From Myxococcales bacterium (GTDB lineage Bacteria; Myxococcota; Myxococcia; Myxococcales; Anaeromyxobacteraceae), in assembly GCA_038320275.1 (NCBI GenBank), contig JBBQEB010000099.1:1-14178 (forward strand): 14,178 nucleotides of DNA, given 5' to 3'. The notes beneath the pieces were generated by a model. It did no database searches and was not told the DNA's origin. It worked only from the letters and a program-made list of their open reading frames with translations. Positions within the stretch are counted from its first letter, which is position 1. Each line of letters opens with the position of its first letter. The position numbers and the translations under genes were made by a program. Shown piece after piece: positions 1 through 9,957 of the stretch.

Positions 1-2
1 TC

Positions 3-380
3 CGTGGCCAGCGCGGGAGCCTCGTGCAGGTGTTCGTGAACCTCCTCACCAACGCCGCGCACGCGGTGGAGGGGCGCGGCGGCACCATCGGCCTCGAGCT
101 CGCGGTGGAGGAGGGCCTCGTCGCCGCCAGGGTGCGCGACGACGGGCCCGGCATGAGCGAGGAGGTGCGGCTGCGGGCCTTCGAGCCCTTCTTCACCACC
201 AAGATCGCCGGTAAGGGCTCGGGGCTCGGCCTCTCCATCGTGCAGGGCATCGTCGAGCGGCACGGTGGCACCGTCACCCTGGAAAGCGCTCCGGGAGCGG
301 GGACGACGTTCACCGTGCGGCTGCCTGCCGCGCCCGCCCTCCGCTCACCCGCCGATCCCGGGCCTCCGCAGCGGCCGTAG
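3..380 (+). CDS. Sensor histidine kinase, C-terminal HATPase_c domain (5'-truncated by the window edge)
   Basis: The frame is open from base 3 (RGQRGSLVQVFVNLLTNAAHA). It shows the N box (QVFVNLLTNA), G1 (VRDDGPGM), F box (AFEPFFTTK), G2 (GKGSGLGLSIV) and the terminal GTTFTVRLP. Stop TAG 378-380. Confidence 0.95.
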   Translation, partial: RGQRGSLVQVFVNLLTNAAHAVEGRGGTIGLELAVEEGLVAARVRDDGPGMSEEVRLRAFEPFFTTKIAGKGSGLGLSIVQGIVERHGGTVTLESAPGAGTTFTVRLPAAPALRSPADPGPPQRP

Positions 381-407
381 CCCCGAGGTGGGACGAAAGG
401 CTCCGCT

Positions 408-2072
408 TCAGACGATGGACAGCACCGCGTACCCGCTGAACGCGGGCAGCACCGTCGAGATGGACGTGCCCGACGGGTTCATCACGATCCGCTCGTCCGC
501 CCCGGCCGCAGACTGGAAGCGCGCCCGCCGCGCCGTGCCGGTCACGTGCTGCCCGAGGAAGAGCGTCGCGCCCTGCGCGAGCAGGCCGCCGAGCGCGACC
601 AGGTGGGCCTCCAGCCGCTCGTCGTTGCGATAGAGCACGGCCAGCACGGGGGTGCGGCACGTCACGGCGGCGGCGCGCCGGCCCTTGCCGAGGAGCGCCG
701 AGACCCCGCGGGACAGCGCTTCCAGCGGGCCGGTCTCCGGGAGCGTGCCCGGCCGCTGCGCGGCGAGCTCGGGAAGCGCCACCACCGTGCCCTTCTCCAC
801 CTTCAGCCCGCCCGGCTTTCCAGCCGGCAGGGGCGGCGCCACGTCGCGCCCGGCATCGTCCACCGCGCCCAGCTCACCCAGCACCAGCGCCGAGCCCCCT
901 CCCTCCACGCGCCGCCGCAGCTCCACCGCTTCGAGCGGCGACAGCTTCGCCGCGCCGGCGAGCACCACGGCCGCGCCCTGGGGCGCGTCGTCCACCCGCA
1001 GCACCACCGGCGCCTGCACGTGCAGCGCCGCGAGCGCGTCCCCCGCGCGCTCGACCTGCACCCGGTGGTCGCCGCCTGTCCAGAGGTCCGCCTCGCGCGA
1101 GTAGAGGATGGCGCACTCCGCCACCGGCTCCGGGCGCGGCGTCGGTCCCTTCTCGGCCCCCACCTGGCGCGCGAAGCGCCGCAGCGCCGCGAGCGCATCG
1201 GCGCCGCCGGGCGGCTCGAGCCCGATGACCTCCACCCCGCAGGCGCTCGCCACCTCCGCCAGCCGCGCCGCGAGCGCCGGAGGGGTTCCCTCGGAGAGCG
1301 CGGCGGCCACCGGCCGCCGGCCCAGCGCGGCGCCCAGGAGTCGGAACAGGCCCGCGCCCAGCGTTTGCACCTCGCCCTTGACCGGGAAGATGGCGCCGTC
1401 GAGGTGGCGCGAGGCGGCGAGCTGCGCCGGGCCCACCGCCTCGAAGTGCGCGATGACGGAGAAGCTCCCGCCCGAGGCGCGCGAAGCGTCGCGAGCCGCC
1501 CGCGCGTAGGCCGCCACCGCCCGATCGAGCGCGCCCGAGCGCGTCCGCCAGAAGTCCCGCCCGAAGGGAAGCCTCGCGTACCCCAGCGCGCCCGGAGCCT
1601 GCGCCAGCGCCTCGCGCGCGAGCGCCAGGTAGTCGAGCGGCATGAACTGGTCGCCGTACTCGCGCGCCAGCTCCTGCGAGAAGGCGCGCTGGCAATCGGG
1701 GCAGAAGCCGGAGGCGAGGAGTCCCTGCGCGATGGGCGCGTCCGGACGGTCGAGGCAGACCCCCGCGAAGCCCGCCGCCAGCGCTGCGGCAACTGCCCCC
1801 TCCACCCGCGCGCGGTGGCGCGCTCCCACGAGGCAAGCCCGGAGCAGGCCGGGGGCTCCCGAGGGCGAGCCGTCGGCCGCGCGGCACGCCTCGTCGGAGG
1901 CGAACGCGTGGCCGGTGGGGATCTCGGCCAGGGCGGAAGCCGCCATCCCCGCAGGCAGCGGCTCGTCGAGGCGCGCCAGGAGCGGCCCGGCCTCGGCGCT
2001 CGCCGCGAGGCGCGAGGCCTCCTCCGGGAGCGCACCGGGCGGCAGCCGATATGGAGCGAAGGGGGTCGGCAC
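408..2072 (-). CDS. Hypothetical protein with degenerate GH42/beta-galactosidase-like architecture (partial barrel, CxxC, trimerisation/class I GATase-like domain)
   Basis: 554-aa ORF with GTG start. Motifs recognised by eye: FAGVCLDRP, FCPDCQRAFSQELAREYG (cf. GH42 CYCxxCxxxFxxWLxxKYG), AECAILYSREADLW, and VVLAGAAKLS..LRRRVEGGGSALVLGELGAVDDAGR (trimerisation-domain-like). Start codon and family assignment are uncertain. Confidence 0.6.
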   Translation of the reverse strand: MPTPFAPYRLPPGALPEEASRLAASAEAGPLLARLDEPLPAGMAASALAEIPTGHAFASDEACRAADGSPSGAPGLLRACLVGARHRARVEGAVAAALAAGFAGVCLDRPDAPIAQGLLASGFCPDCQRAFSQELAREYGDQFMPLDYLALAREALAQAPGALGYARLPFGRDFWRTRSGALDRAVAAYARAARDASRASGGSFSVIAHFEAVGPAQLAASRHLDGAIFPVKGEVQTLGAGLFRLLGAALGRRPVAAALSEGTPPALAARLAEVASACGVEVIGLEPPGGADALAALRRFARQVGAEKGPTPRPEPVAECAILYSREADLWTGGDHRVQVERAGDALAALHVQAPVVLRVDDAPQGAAVVLAGAAKLSPLEAVELRRRVEGGGSALVLGELGAVDDAGRDVAPPLPAGKPGGLKVEKGTVVALPELAAQRPGTLPETGPLEALSRGVSALLGKGRRAAAVTCRTPVLAVLYRNDERLEAHLVALGGLLAQGATLFLGQHVTGTARRARFQSAAGADERIVMNPSGTSISTVLPAFSGYAVLSIV

Positions 2073-2171
2073 GGAGCGGCGGGGTGGGCGGAAAAGCTAT
2101 CCCGGCCTCCCCGGGGGCACAACGACGGCCTGCGGCGTGTTCCAGGGACCGCGGCGCCTCGCCGGGAAGGC

Positions 2172-2249
2172 GTGCACGTGGTCAAAAGTGTGCAAGTGCG
2201 CGCGTTGACTCGGTTTCCAGACGCGTGATAGCTCTTCGACACGGTGTCG
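2172..2249 (+). promoter_or_regulatory. Candidate promoter/operator region for the aglRQS-like operon
   Basis: TTGACT at 2205-2210 is -35-like, with only a weak -10 (TGATAGCT 2226-2233). Direct repeat GTGCA(C/A)GTG at 2172-2180 and 2190-2198. Perfect inverted repeat CGACAC-G-GTGTCG at 2237-2249. Confidence 0.35.
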
Positions 2250-2313
2250 TGCGGCCGTGGGACAAAGTCCTTCGAAGCCGCCACCCCCACCGCATCCAGG
2301 AGGATGCAAGGCG

Positions 2314-2994
2314 ATGGACATCTTCGGCGGCATGTTCCAGGCATTCGATCGCGGCGGCACGGGGATGTACCCCATCTCCATCGCGCTCATCTTCGCGGTC
2401 GCCATCATCATCGAGCGCGTCTACGTGCTCTACTTCCGCTCGTCGGTGGACAAGGAAGCGTTCCTCCGCGGGCTGAAGAAGCACATCTACGCGGGCGACC
2501 TCGACAAGGCCATCAGCTACTGCGCCGGCCAGAAGCGCACCCCGCTCGTGTCGGTCATCAAGTCCGGGCTCATCAGCGTCCCCAAGGGCGAGGAGGAGGT
2601 CCAGGCGGCCATGGACGAGGCGACGCTGCGCGAGTCGCCCCGCATCGAGCGCCGCACCGGCTACCTGGCGATGATCTCCAACGTGGCCACCCTGCTCGGC
2701 CTCCTCGGCACCATCATCGGCCTCATCCACTGCTTCGGCGCGGTGGCGAACGCCAATCCCGCCGACAAGGCGAGCATCCTCTCGCAGGGCATCTCGGAGG
2801 CCATGTATTGCACCGCCTTCGGCCTCGGCGTCGCCATCCCGGCGCTCGTCCTCTACTCCGTCCTGCAAGGGCGGACGCAGAGCATGATCGACGACATCAA
2901 CGAGGCGGCGGTGGGCGTGCTCAACCTCATCATCGCCAACAAGGACAAGATGAAGATGCCGGCCGTGGCCCCTGTCGAGGAGACGGTCGAGTAG
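2314..2994 (+). CDS. aglR: MotA/TolQ/ExbB proton channel protein, AglR-like gliding motor subunit
   Basis: ATG 2314 is preceded by AGGAGG (2298-2303), preferred over the ORF-track GTG at 2257. 226 aa with TM1 ending IIIER, then YLAMISNVATLLGLLGTIIGLIHCF and GISEAMYCTAFGLGVAIP (ExbB/TolQ TM2/TM3 signature). Followed by two ExbD-like genes, as in myxobacterial aglRQS. Confidence 0.88.
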   Translation: MDIFGGMFQAFDRGGTGMYPISIALIFAVAIIIERVYVLYFRSSVDKEAFLRGLKKHIYAGDLDKAISYCAGQKRTPLVSVIKSGLISVPKGEEEVQAAMDEATLRESPRIERRTGYLAMISNVATLLGLLGTIIGLIHCFGAVANANPADKASILSQGISEAMYCTAFGLGVAIPALVLYSVLQGRTQSMIDDINEAAVGVLNLIIANKDKMKMPAVAPVEETVE

Positions 2995-3036
2995 CGTCCG
3001 CGAGGCGCGCGCGAGACCTCTCGACAAGGAGCGACC

Positions 3037-3519
3037 ATGGGCGGCACCTCATTGCCCGAAGGCGGCAGAAAGAAGCGGCGATCGCTCGACGCGACGGTGA
3101 ACGTCGTGCCGGCCATCGACCTCCTCTCCTGCTGCATCTCCTTCCTGCTGTTCACCGCGGTCTGGACGCAGATCTCGCGCCTGCAGACCACGCCCATGGG
3201 CAACGGCAGCGCGGTGGAGGTGATGCCCGCCAAGTCCATCACGGTGACGCTCACCATCGGCGAGAAGGGCTTCGTCCTCGCCACCAGCACGGGTGCGCAG
3301 ATCGAGATCCCGGCCCTCGCAAGGGCCGCCGACGGCGCCCCCCGCTACGACCTCGCCGCCCTGGGCGAGCGGCTGAAGAAGCTCAAGGCGGAGTTCCCCG
3401 ATCAGGCGGCGGTGACGGTGGCAGCCGACGATGCGGTGCTCTACGCCGATCTCGTCCACGCCATCGACGCCTGCGTCGGCGCCGGGCTGGGCAACGTCTC
3501 GGTCATGGGAGCCGGATAG
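3037..3519 (+). CDS. aglQ: ExbD/TolR family protein, AglQ-like
   Basis: RBS AAGGAG upstream. Single TM NVVPAIDLLSCCISFLLFTAVWTQI with the channel Asp at residue 28 (codon 3118-3120). Periplasmic motif VTVAADDAVLYADLVHAIDA. The gene symbol rests on recalled similarity and gene order. Confidence 0.82.
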   Translation: MGGTSLPEGGRKKRRSLDATVNVVPAIDLLSCCISFLLFTAVWTQISRLQTTPMGNGSAVEVMPAKSITVTLTIGEKGFVLATSTGAQIEIPALARAADGAPRYDLAALGERLKKLKAEFPDQAAVTVAADDAVLYADLVHAIDACVGAGLGNVSVMGAG

Positions 3520-3522
3520 GCC

Positions 3523-4107
3523 ATGCCCATCGTCCAGCCTGGAAAGCGCATCGCCAAACGCTTCGCCGCGTCGAAGGTGTTCGCCGGCAAGATGCACCAC
3601 GGGCGGCGCTCGACCAACCTCGAGCTCAACGTCATCCCGATGGTCGACATGATGACGATGCTCGTCATCTTCCTCCTGCAGCAGTTCTCCGCCACCGGCG
3701 AGGTCCTGTACATGCAGAAGGACATCAAGCTGCCGGACGCGCGGCACGGGCAGGTCATCGAGATCGCCCCGGTGGTCGCCATCAGCGGCGCGCAGGTGGT
3801 GGTGTCCGGCCAGAAGGTGGCCGAGGTGGCGGAGCTCGAGCGCGACCCCTCCCAGATCATCGCTCCTTTGGTGGAGAAGCTTCGCGACGAGAAGAAGCGC
3901 TGGGACTACATCCACCAGAACGACGCCGACCGGGAGAAGAACTGGAAGGGCGAGGTGAACGTGCAGGCCGACGTGAAGGTGCCCTTCCGCGTCCTGCGCC
4001 GGGTGATGGCCTCGGCCGCCGAGGCGGGCTACGGCAGCGTGAACTTCGCCGCGACCGAGGAGGGCGGCACGGCGAGTGCGCCCGCGCCGGCGCGGAAGAA
4101 GCCCTAG
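3523..4107 (+). CDS. aglS: ExbD/TolR family protein, AglS-like
   Basis: Starts 3 bp after the previous stop. Basic N-terminus PGKRIAKRFAASKVF, TM LNVIPMVDMMTMLVIFLL with Asp42 (3646-3648), FSATGEVL..KDIKLP, and C-terminal VQADVKVPFRVLRRVMASAAEAGYGSVNFA. Confidence 0.85.
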   Translation: MPIVQPGKRIAKRFAASKVFAGKMHHGRRSTNLELNVIPMVDMMTMLVIFLLQQFSATGEVLYMQKDIKLPDARHGQVIEIAPVVAISGAQVVVSGQKVAEVAELERDPSQIIAPLVEKLRDEKKRWDYIHQNDADREKNWKGEVNVQADVKVPFRVLRRVMASAAEAGYGSVNFAATEEGGTASAPAPARKKP

Positions 4108-4139
4108 GTCAGGGCCGAGCCGCCCGTCATTGCTGGTGA

Positions 4140-4166
4140 AAGGGCCCCTTCGCGGGGCCCTTCTCC
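4140..4166 (+). terminator. Probable intrinsic terminator / stem-loop after the aglRQS-like operon
   Basis: Perfect 9-bp stem AAGGGCCCC (4140-4148), loop TTCGC, then GGGGCCCTT (4154-4162), about 30 bp after the stop codon. The tail is pyrimidine-rich (TTCTCC) but not a true U-run. Confidence 0.6.
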
Positions 4167-4204
4167 GTCCCGCGAGGCGAGGCGTCGCAGGCCCACCGGG
4201 TCGC

Positions 4205-4233
4205 TTGCCTCCCCCTGGTGCCGCCGGTAGTAT
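4205..4233 (+). promoter_or_regulatory. Sigma70-type promoter candidate for hppA
   Basis: TTGCCT (4205-4210), a 17-bp spacer and TAGTAT (4228-4233), in a GC-rich intergenic region downstream of the terminator hairpin. Confidence 0.55.
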
Positions 4234-4320
4234 CGCGGCCCTCCGAACCCAAGGGCCTCTTCGCCCCAATCACCGGGGAGCCGCCGAAGCTGGACGGCTC
4301 CTTGCGGAAGCACTCGATCC

Positions 4321-6741
<2,421 letters not shown>

Positions 6742-6755
6742 GCGGGAGGTCACGC

Positions 6756-7451
6756 ATGGTGAGCGATGGCCCGGGTCTCGAGGAGCTTCGCGAGCGGCTC
6801 GCCGCTGCCTCCGCTTCGCTCAAAGTCTTCCCGCTGCCAGAGGTGGTCGTCCTTCCGGGGACGCCCACCCCGTTCCACATCTTCGAGCCCCGCTATCGCG
6901 CCATGGTCGCCGACGCGCTGGCGGGCGACCGGTTCCTGGCGGTCGGCACGCTGATCGCGCAGGAGGGTGCCTCGCAGGATCGGGCGCCGGTCCATGCGGT
7001 GGCGGGGGCCGGGTACATCGAGGCGGACGAGGAGCTGCCCGATGGCCGCCGTCACATCGTCCTGCGCGGGGTGGCCCGCGTGCGGCTGGTGGAGGAGCTC
7101 GCCAACGGGAAGGACTACCGCGAGTTCCGGGCGGAGGTGCTGGAGGACGTGAACCCCGCGAGCGGGCCGACGGCGCTGGCACGCGAGCGCTCCGCGCTGG
7201 AGTCGTGCGTGATCCAGCTCGCGGAGGTGCTGCCGCCCGAGTCCGGTGCGCCGCAGCTCGCGAGCATCGCCACCCGCACCGCCTCCACCTCCCAGCTCGC
7301 CGACCTGGTGGCCGCCGCGGTGGTGAGCGAGCCCGGCGAGCGCCTGCGCATCCTCGAGGAGCTCGACGTCGCGAAGCGGCTCTCGCTCGTCACCCAGGAG
7401 GTCGCCAGCATCGTCCTCATGCTGACGAGGGGCAAGACGCCCACCGCGTGA
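6756..7451 (+). CDS. Stand-alone Lon protease N-terminal (substrate-binding) domain protein
   Basis: ATG 6756 with GGAGG at 6745-6749, 14 bp after the hppA stop. 231 aa with the LON_substr_bdg signature VFPLPEVVVLPGTPTPFHIFEPRYRAMV, LPDGRRHIVLRGVARVR and RILEELDVAKRL. No AAA+ or protease domain. Confidence 0.9.
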   Translation: MVSDGPGLEELRERLAAASASLKVFPLPEVVVLPGTPTPFHIFEPRYRAMVADALAGDRFLAVGTLIAQEGASQDRAPVHAVAGAGYIEADEELPDGRRHIVLRGVARVRLVEELANGKDYREFRAEVLEDVNPASGPTALARERSALESCVIQLAEVLPPESGAPQLASIATRTASTSQLADLVAAAVVSEPGERLRILEELDVAKRLSLVTQEVASIVLMLTRGKTPTA

Positions 7452-7457
7452 GCCACC

Positions 7458-8651
7458 CTACCCCGGCGTCTTCAGCCGCGAGCGCCCCAGCCTGATCGCG
7501 GTCGCGCCCGGGATCTTCACGCGCAGCAGGAGGTAAGGCTTCTTCCGGGCGTCCTTGCCGCCGCGGAACTTTGCCTGCCGGTGAAGCTGGTTCGCGGTGA
7601 CGTAGAGCCAGCCGTCGTCGGTGAGCGAGAGCGAGTCCGGCCAGGACAGCTGCGGATCGGTGACGAGGGTCTCGAACCGCCCTTCCCCGGTGCGCACCAC
7701 CACCGCGTCGTGCTCCCAGTCGGTGAGGTAGACGCGGCCCTGGGCGTCCGCCTGTAGTCCGTCCGAGGCAAACTCGCGGGTCTCGCGGGTGAGCGTCGCG
7801 GCGAGCTGATCGGTGGTGCTCGCCTCGTCGGCCAGGAGCTCGGCGCTCACCGAGTAGAGGGTCCGGCTCGCGAGCGGGCAGAAGAAGAGCCGGGCGCCGT
7901 CCGCCGAGAGGGCGAGGCCGTCCGCGCCCACCCGGGGCGGCACCGGACCGGCCTCTGGCGTGGGCTGCAGGGAGAAGAAGGCCCGATCGGAAGCGATGCT
8001 CCCGATGAACTGAGGGTCCGCCGAGGTGGAGGCCGCGCCGTCCAGCCGCCGCCAGCTCCGTCCGCTGGCGAGGTCCACCACGATGATCCCGCTGGGACCG
8101 GTGGAGGTGGAGTCGGTGATGTACGCCACCCCCGCCTTGCCCCGCCGCAGGTCGAAGCGCACGTCGTTGAGATAGCTCTCCCGGCGCACCACCTCGGGCG
8201 GGAAGCGGACCGTACGCACCATCTTGCCGGTCGCGAGGTCGAAGGCGACCAGCTTCGGCCAGTCCTGACCCTCGATCGGCTTCATCTCCAGGCTGCCGGT
8301 GTCGAGCGCCCAGAGCCGGTCGTCGGAGTCCACCACCACGCTCTGCACCGAGAAGAGGTGATCGGGTGAGCGCGGGTCGTTCATGGTGGCGTCCGGGAAG
8401 GCCACCTCCCTGCCGCCGCGGATCTCGCCCACCGTGAAGGCCACCGCGTCGCCCCAGCGGGGATAGGAGACGAACACCCTCCCCGTGCGCGAGACCGTGA
8501 CGCCGGTAGGCATGGGGCCCGTGAAGCGGTGCACCACCTCGAGCTTCCCGTGCGGAAGCTTCGTTTCCGCATAGGGGAGCGCGAGCGAGTCGGGGTGCGC
8601 CGCGGGCGGGGCCAGGAGCGCGGCTGCGAGGAGCGGAGCGAGCGGGAGCAT
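7458..8651 (-). CDS. Secreted major royal jelly protein / yellow family (L-dopachrome tautomerase-related) beta-propeller
   Basis: ATG at 8651 with a GAGGGG RBS and signal-like MLPLAPLLAAALLAPPAAH. 397 aa with motifs PTGVTVSRTGRVFVSYPRW, SVQSVVVDSDDRLWALDTG, YLNDVRFD, AYITDS, GADGLALS, SWPDSLS and LYVTANQLHRQ. The ORF-track extension to 8948 overlaps the next gene and is rejected. Confidence 0.9.
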   Translation of the reverse strand: MLPLAPLLAAALLAPPAAHPDSLALPYAETKLPHGKLEVVHRFTGPMPTGVTVSRTGRVFVSYPRWGDAVAFTVGEIRGGREVAFPDATMNDPRSPDHLFSVQSVVVDSDDRLWALDTGSLEMKPIEGQDWPKLVAFDLATGKMVRTVRFPPEVVRRESYLNDVRFDLRRGKAGVAYITDSTSTGPSGIIVVDLASGRSWRRLDGAASTSADPQFIGSIASDRAFFSLQPTPEAGPVPPRVGADGLALSADGARLFFCPLASRTLYSVSAELLADEASTTDQLAATLTRETREFASDGLQADAQGRVYLTDWEHDAVVVRTGEGRFETLVTDPQLSWPDSLSLTDDGWLYVTANQLHRQAKFRGGKDARKKPYLLLRVKIPGATAIRLGRSRLKTPG

Positions 8652-8814
8652 GTCCCCCCTCAAGTTAAGCCGCCGAGGCCGCCGAAGCCCGCCGCGGACG
8701 AGTGCCAGGCGCGAGCCCCCGTCCACCCTCCCGTTGCTTCCCGTGCGCTGTCGAAGGACAGCCCCCGCTTCAGGCTCCGTCGCGGCTCCGTCTCTCCTCC
8801 GAAAACCCGCAGGC

Positions 8815-9942
8815 TCACGCCGCCGAGGAACGGGGCGCCTCCGGAACGGCCCCTCGCCCGTAGCTCTCGAACAGCCTTCCCCAGGCGGTGCCCGCCTTCC
8901 ACGCCTCGAAGACGCGCCGGTCCTTGAGCGGCCAGCGGTAGAGGTCATGGTAGACCTCGCTGCCCAGGATGAAGACGTTCACCAGGGGTGTGTGAAAGAA
9001 GAGCTTCTGCAGCGGCTTCAAGGGCCCGAACCACATCACGTCGCCCACCAGCGAGGCGCCGTTGTCGCCCACCGAGAAGTTCCACCGCTCCGCCGCAGCC
9101 GCCTCGTCACCCTCGATCTGGATGTCGCGCGGGTCCGCCACGCCCAGCCCGTCCTCGTGCGCCATGCGCAGGTACGGGATGGTCATCGGGTCGAACCCCA
9201 TCATCCGGGCCGCCACCGCGTCGATGGCCACCTGATCGGCCGACGCGAGCATCACGTCCTTCACCACCGGGAACATGGTGCGCGGCCCCGGGCCATTGCC
9301 CGCCGTCGTCCCGTCCATCACCGCGAAGATGCCGGAGTGGATCTCCTTCTGGATGGCGAGCAGGTCCACCAAGGTCTCGTGGATCCACGAATGGCAATAG
9401 TGCCTGCGGTCGTGGAGCAATCCTCCGAAGGCGTTCTTCATGGCGCCGGTGGTGGTGGTGTAGATGTGGCACTTCACGGTGGGGAGATGGACGACGTTCT
9501 TCCCCAGGAAGAGGTCCGGGACGCGGATGCCCTCCGGAAAGACCCGGTCGAGCGCCCTCATGCGCGCCTTGGGCCGGTGCACCACCCAGCCCATGTCCTC
9601 CGGCCGGAAATTGTAGAGCACAGGGACGCCGTGCCGGCGCAGGATGGGCAGGTAGTGGTTCAGGTCCTCGCCCTTGAAGGCGTCGGTGACCACCGTCTTG
9701 TTCTGGACGCACACCTGCTTCTCGAAGCCCGCCTTCCGCAGCGCCAGCACGGTGCCCTCGAGCTGCCAGGGCGTCGTGTTCGCCGCCGGGAACGGGTAGT
9801 GCCAGGAGATGTTGTCCTTGAGGATGGTGGTGGTGCCCTGGTCGAGCGCGGCGGCCATGCCGCCCAGGGAGCACACCCGCTCCACGTCCTCCAGGATGCG
9901 CTCCGGACGCACGCGCAGCACCGCGACCTTCGACTTCGCCAT
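8815..9942 (-). CDS. DUF362 domain-containing protein
   Basis: 375 aa with N-terminal SKVAVLR, ILKDNISWH..PAANTTPWQLEG, HLPTVKCHIYTTTTGAMKNAFG and MLASADQVAIDAVAARMMGFDPMTIPYL, the typical DUF362 pattern. RBS GGAG/GGGAGG lies in the 15-bp gap after ugd. Confidence 0.85.
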   Translation of the reverse strand: MAKSKVAVLRVRPERILEDVERVCSLGGMAAALDQGTTTILKDNISWHYPFPAANTTPWQLEGTVLALRKAGFEKQVCVQNKTVVTDAFKGEDLNHYLPILRRHGVPVLYNFRPEDMGWVVHRPKARMRALDRVFPEGIRVPDLFLGKNVVHLPTVKCHIYTTTTGAMKNAFGGLLHDRRHYCHSWIHETLVDLLAIQKEIHSGIFAVMDGTTAGNGPGPRTMFPVVKDVMLASADQVAIDAVAARMMGFDPMTIPYLRMAHEDGLGVADPRDIQIEGDEAAAAERWNFSVGDNGASLVGDVMWFGPLKPLQKLFFHTPLVNVFILGSEVYHDLYRWPLKDRRVFEAWKAGTAWGRLFESYGRGAVPEAPRSSAA

Positions 9943-9957
9943 CTCCGATGACCTCCC

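Noticed and set aside
2257..2313. N-terminal extension of the AglR-like ORF (GTG start, poly-Pro)
   Set aside because: A strong AGGAGG lies inside it, positioned for ATG 2314, and the extension looks like translated UTR.
546..2344. Several long overlapping ORFs (546..2228 +, 803..2344 -, 874..1887 -)
   Set aside because: Low-complexity R/A/P/G translations. Only 408..2072 has protein-like composition and motifs.
2244..4139. 631-aa alternative-frame ORF spanning all three motor genes
   Set aside because: The three real genes share one frame, so a stop-poor shadow frame runs across them. The product is Arg-rich with no domain signal.
8692..8708. Sigma54-like TGGCAC on the minus strand upstream of the MRJP gene
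   Set aside because: GG-to-GC spacing is 9 rather than the required 10 nt, and there is no TTGC element.
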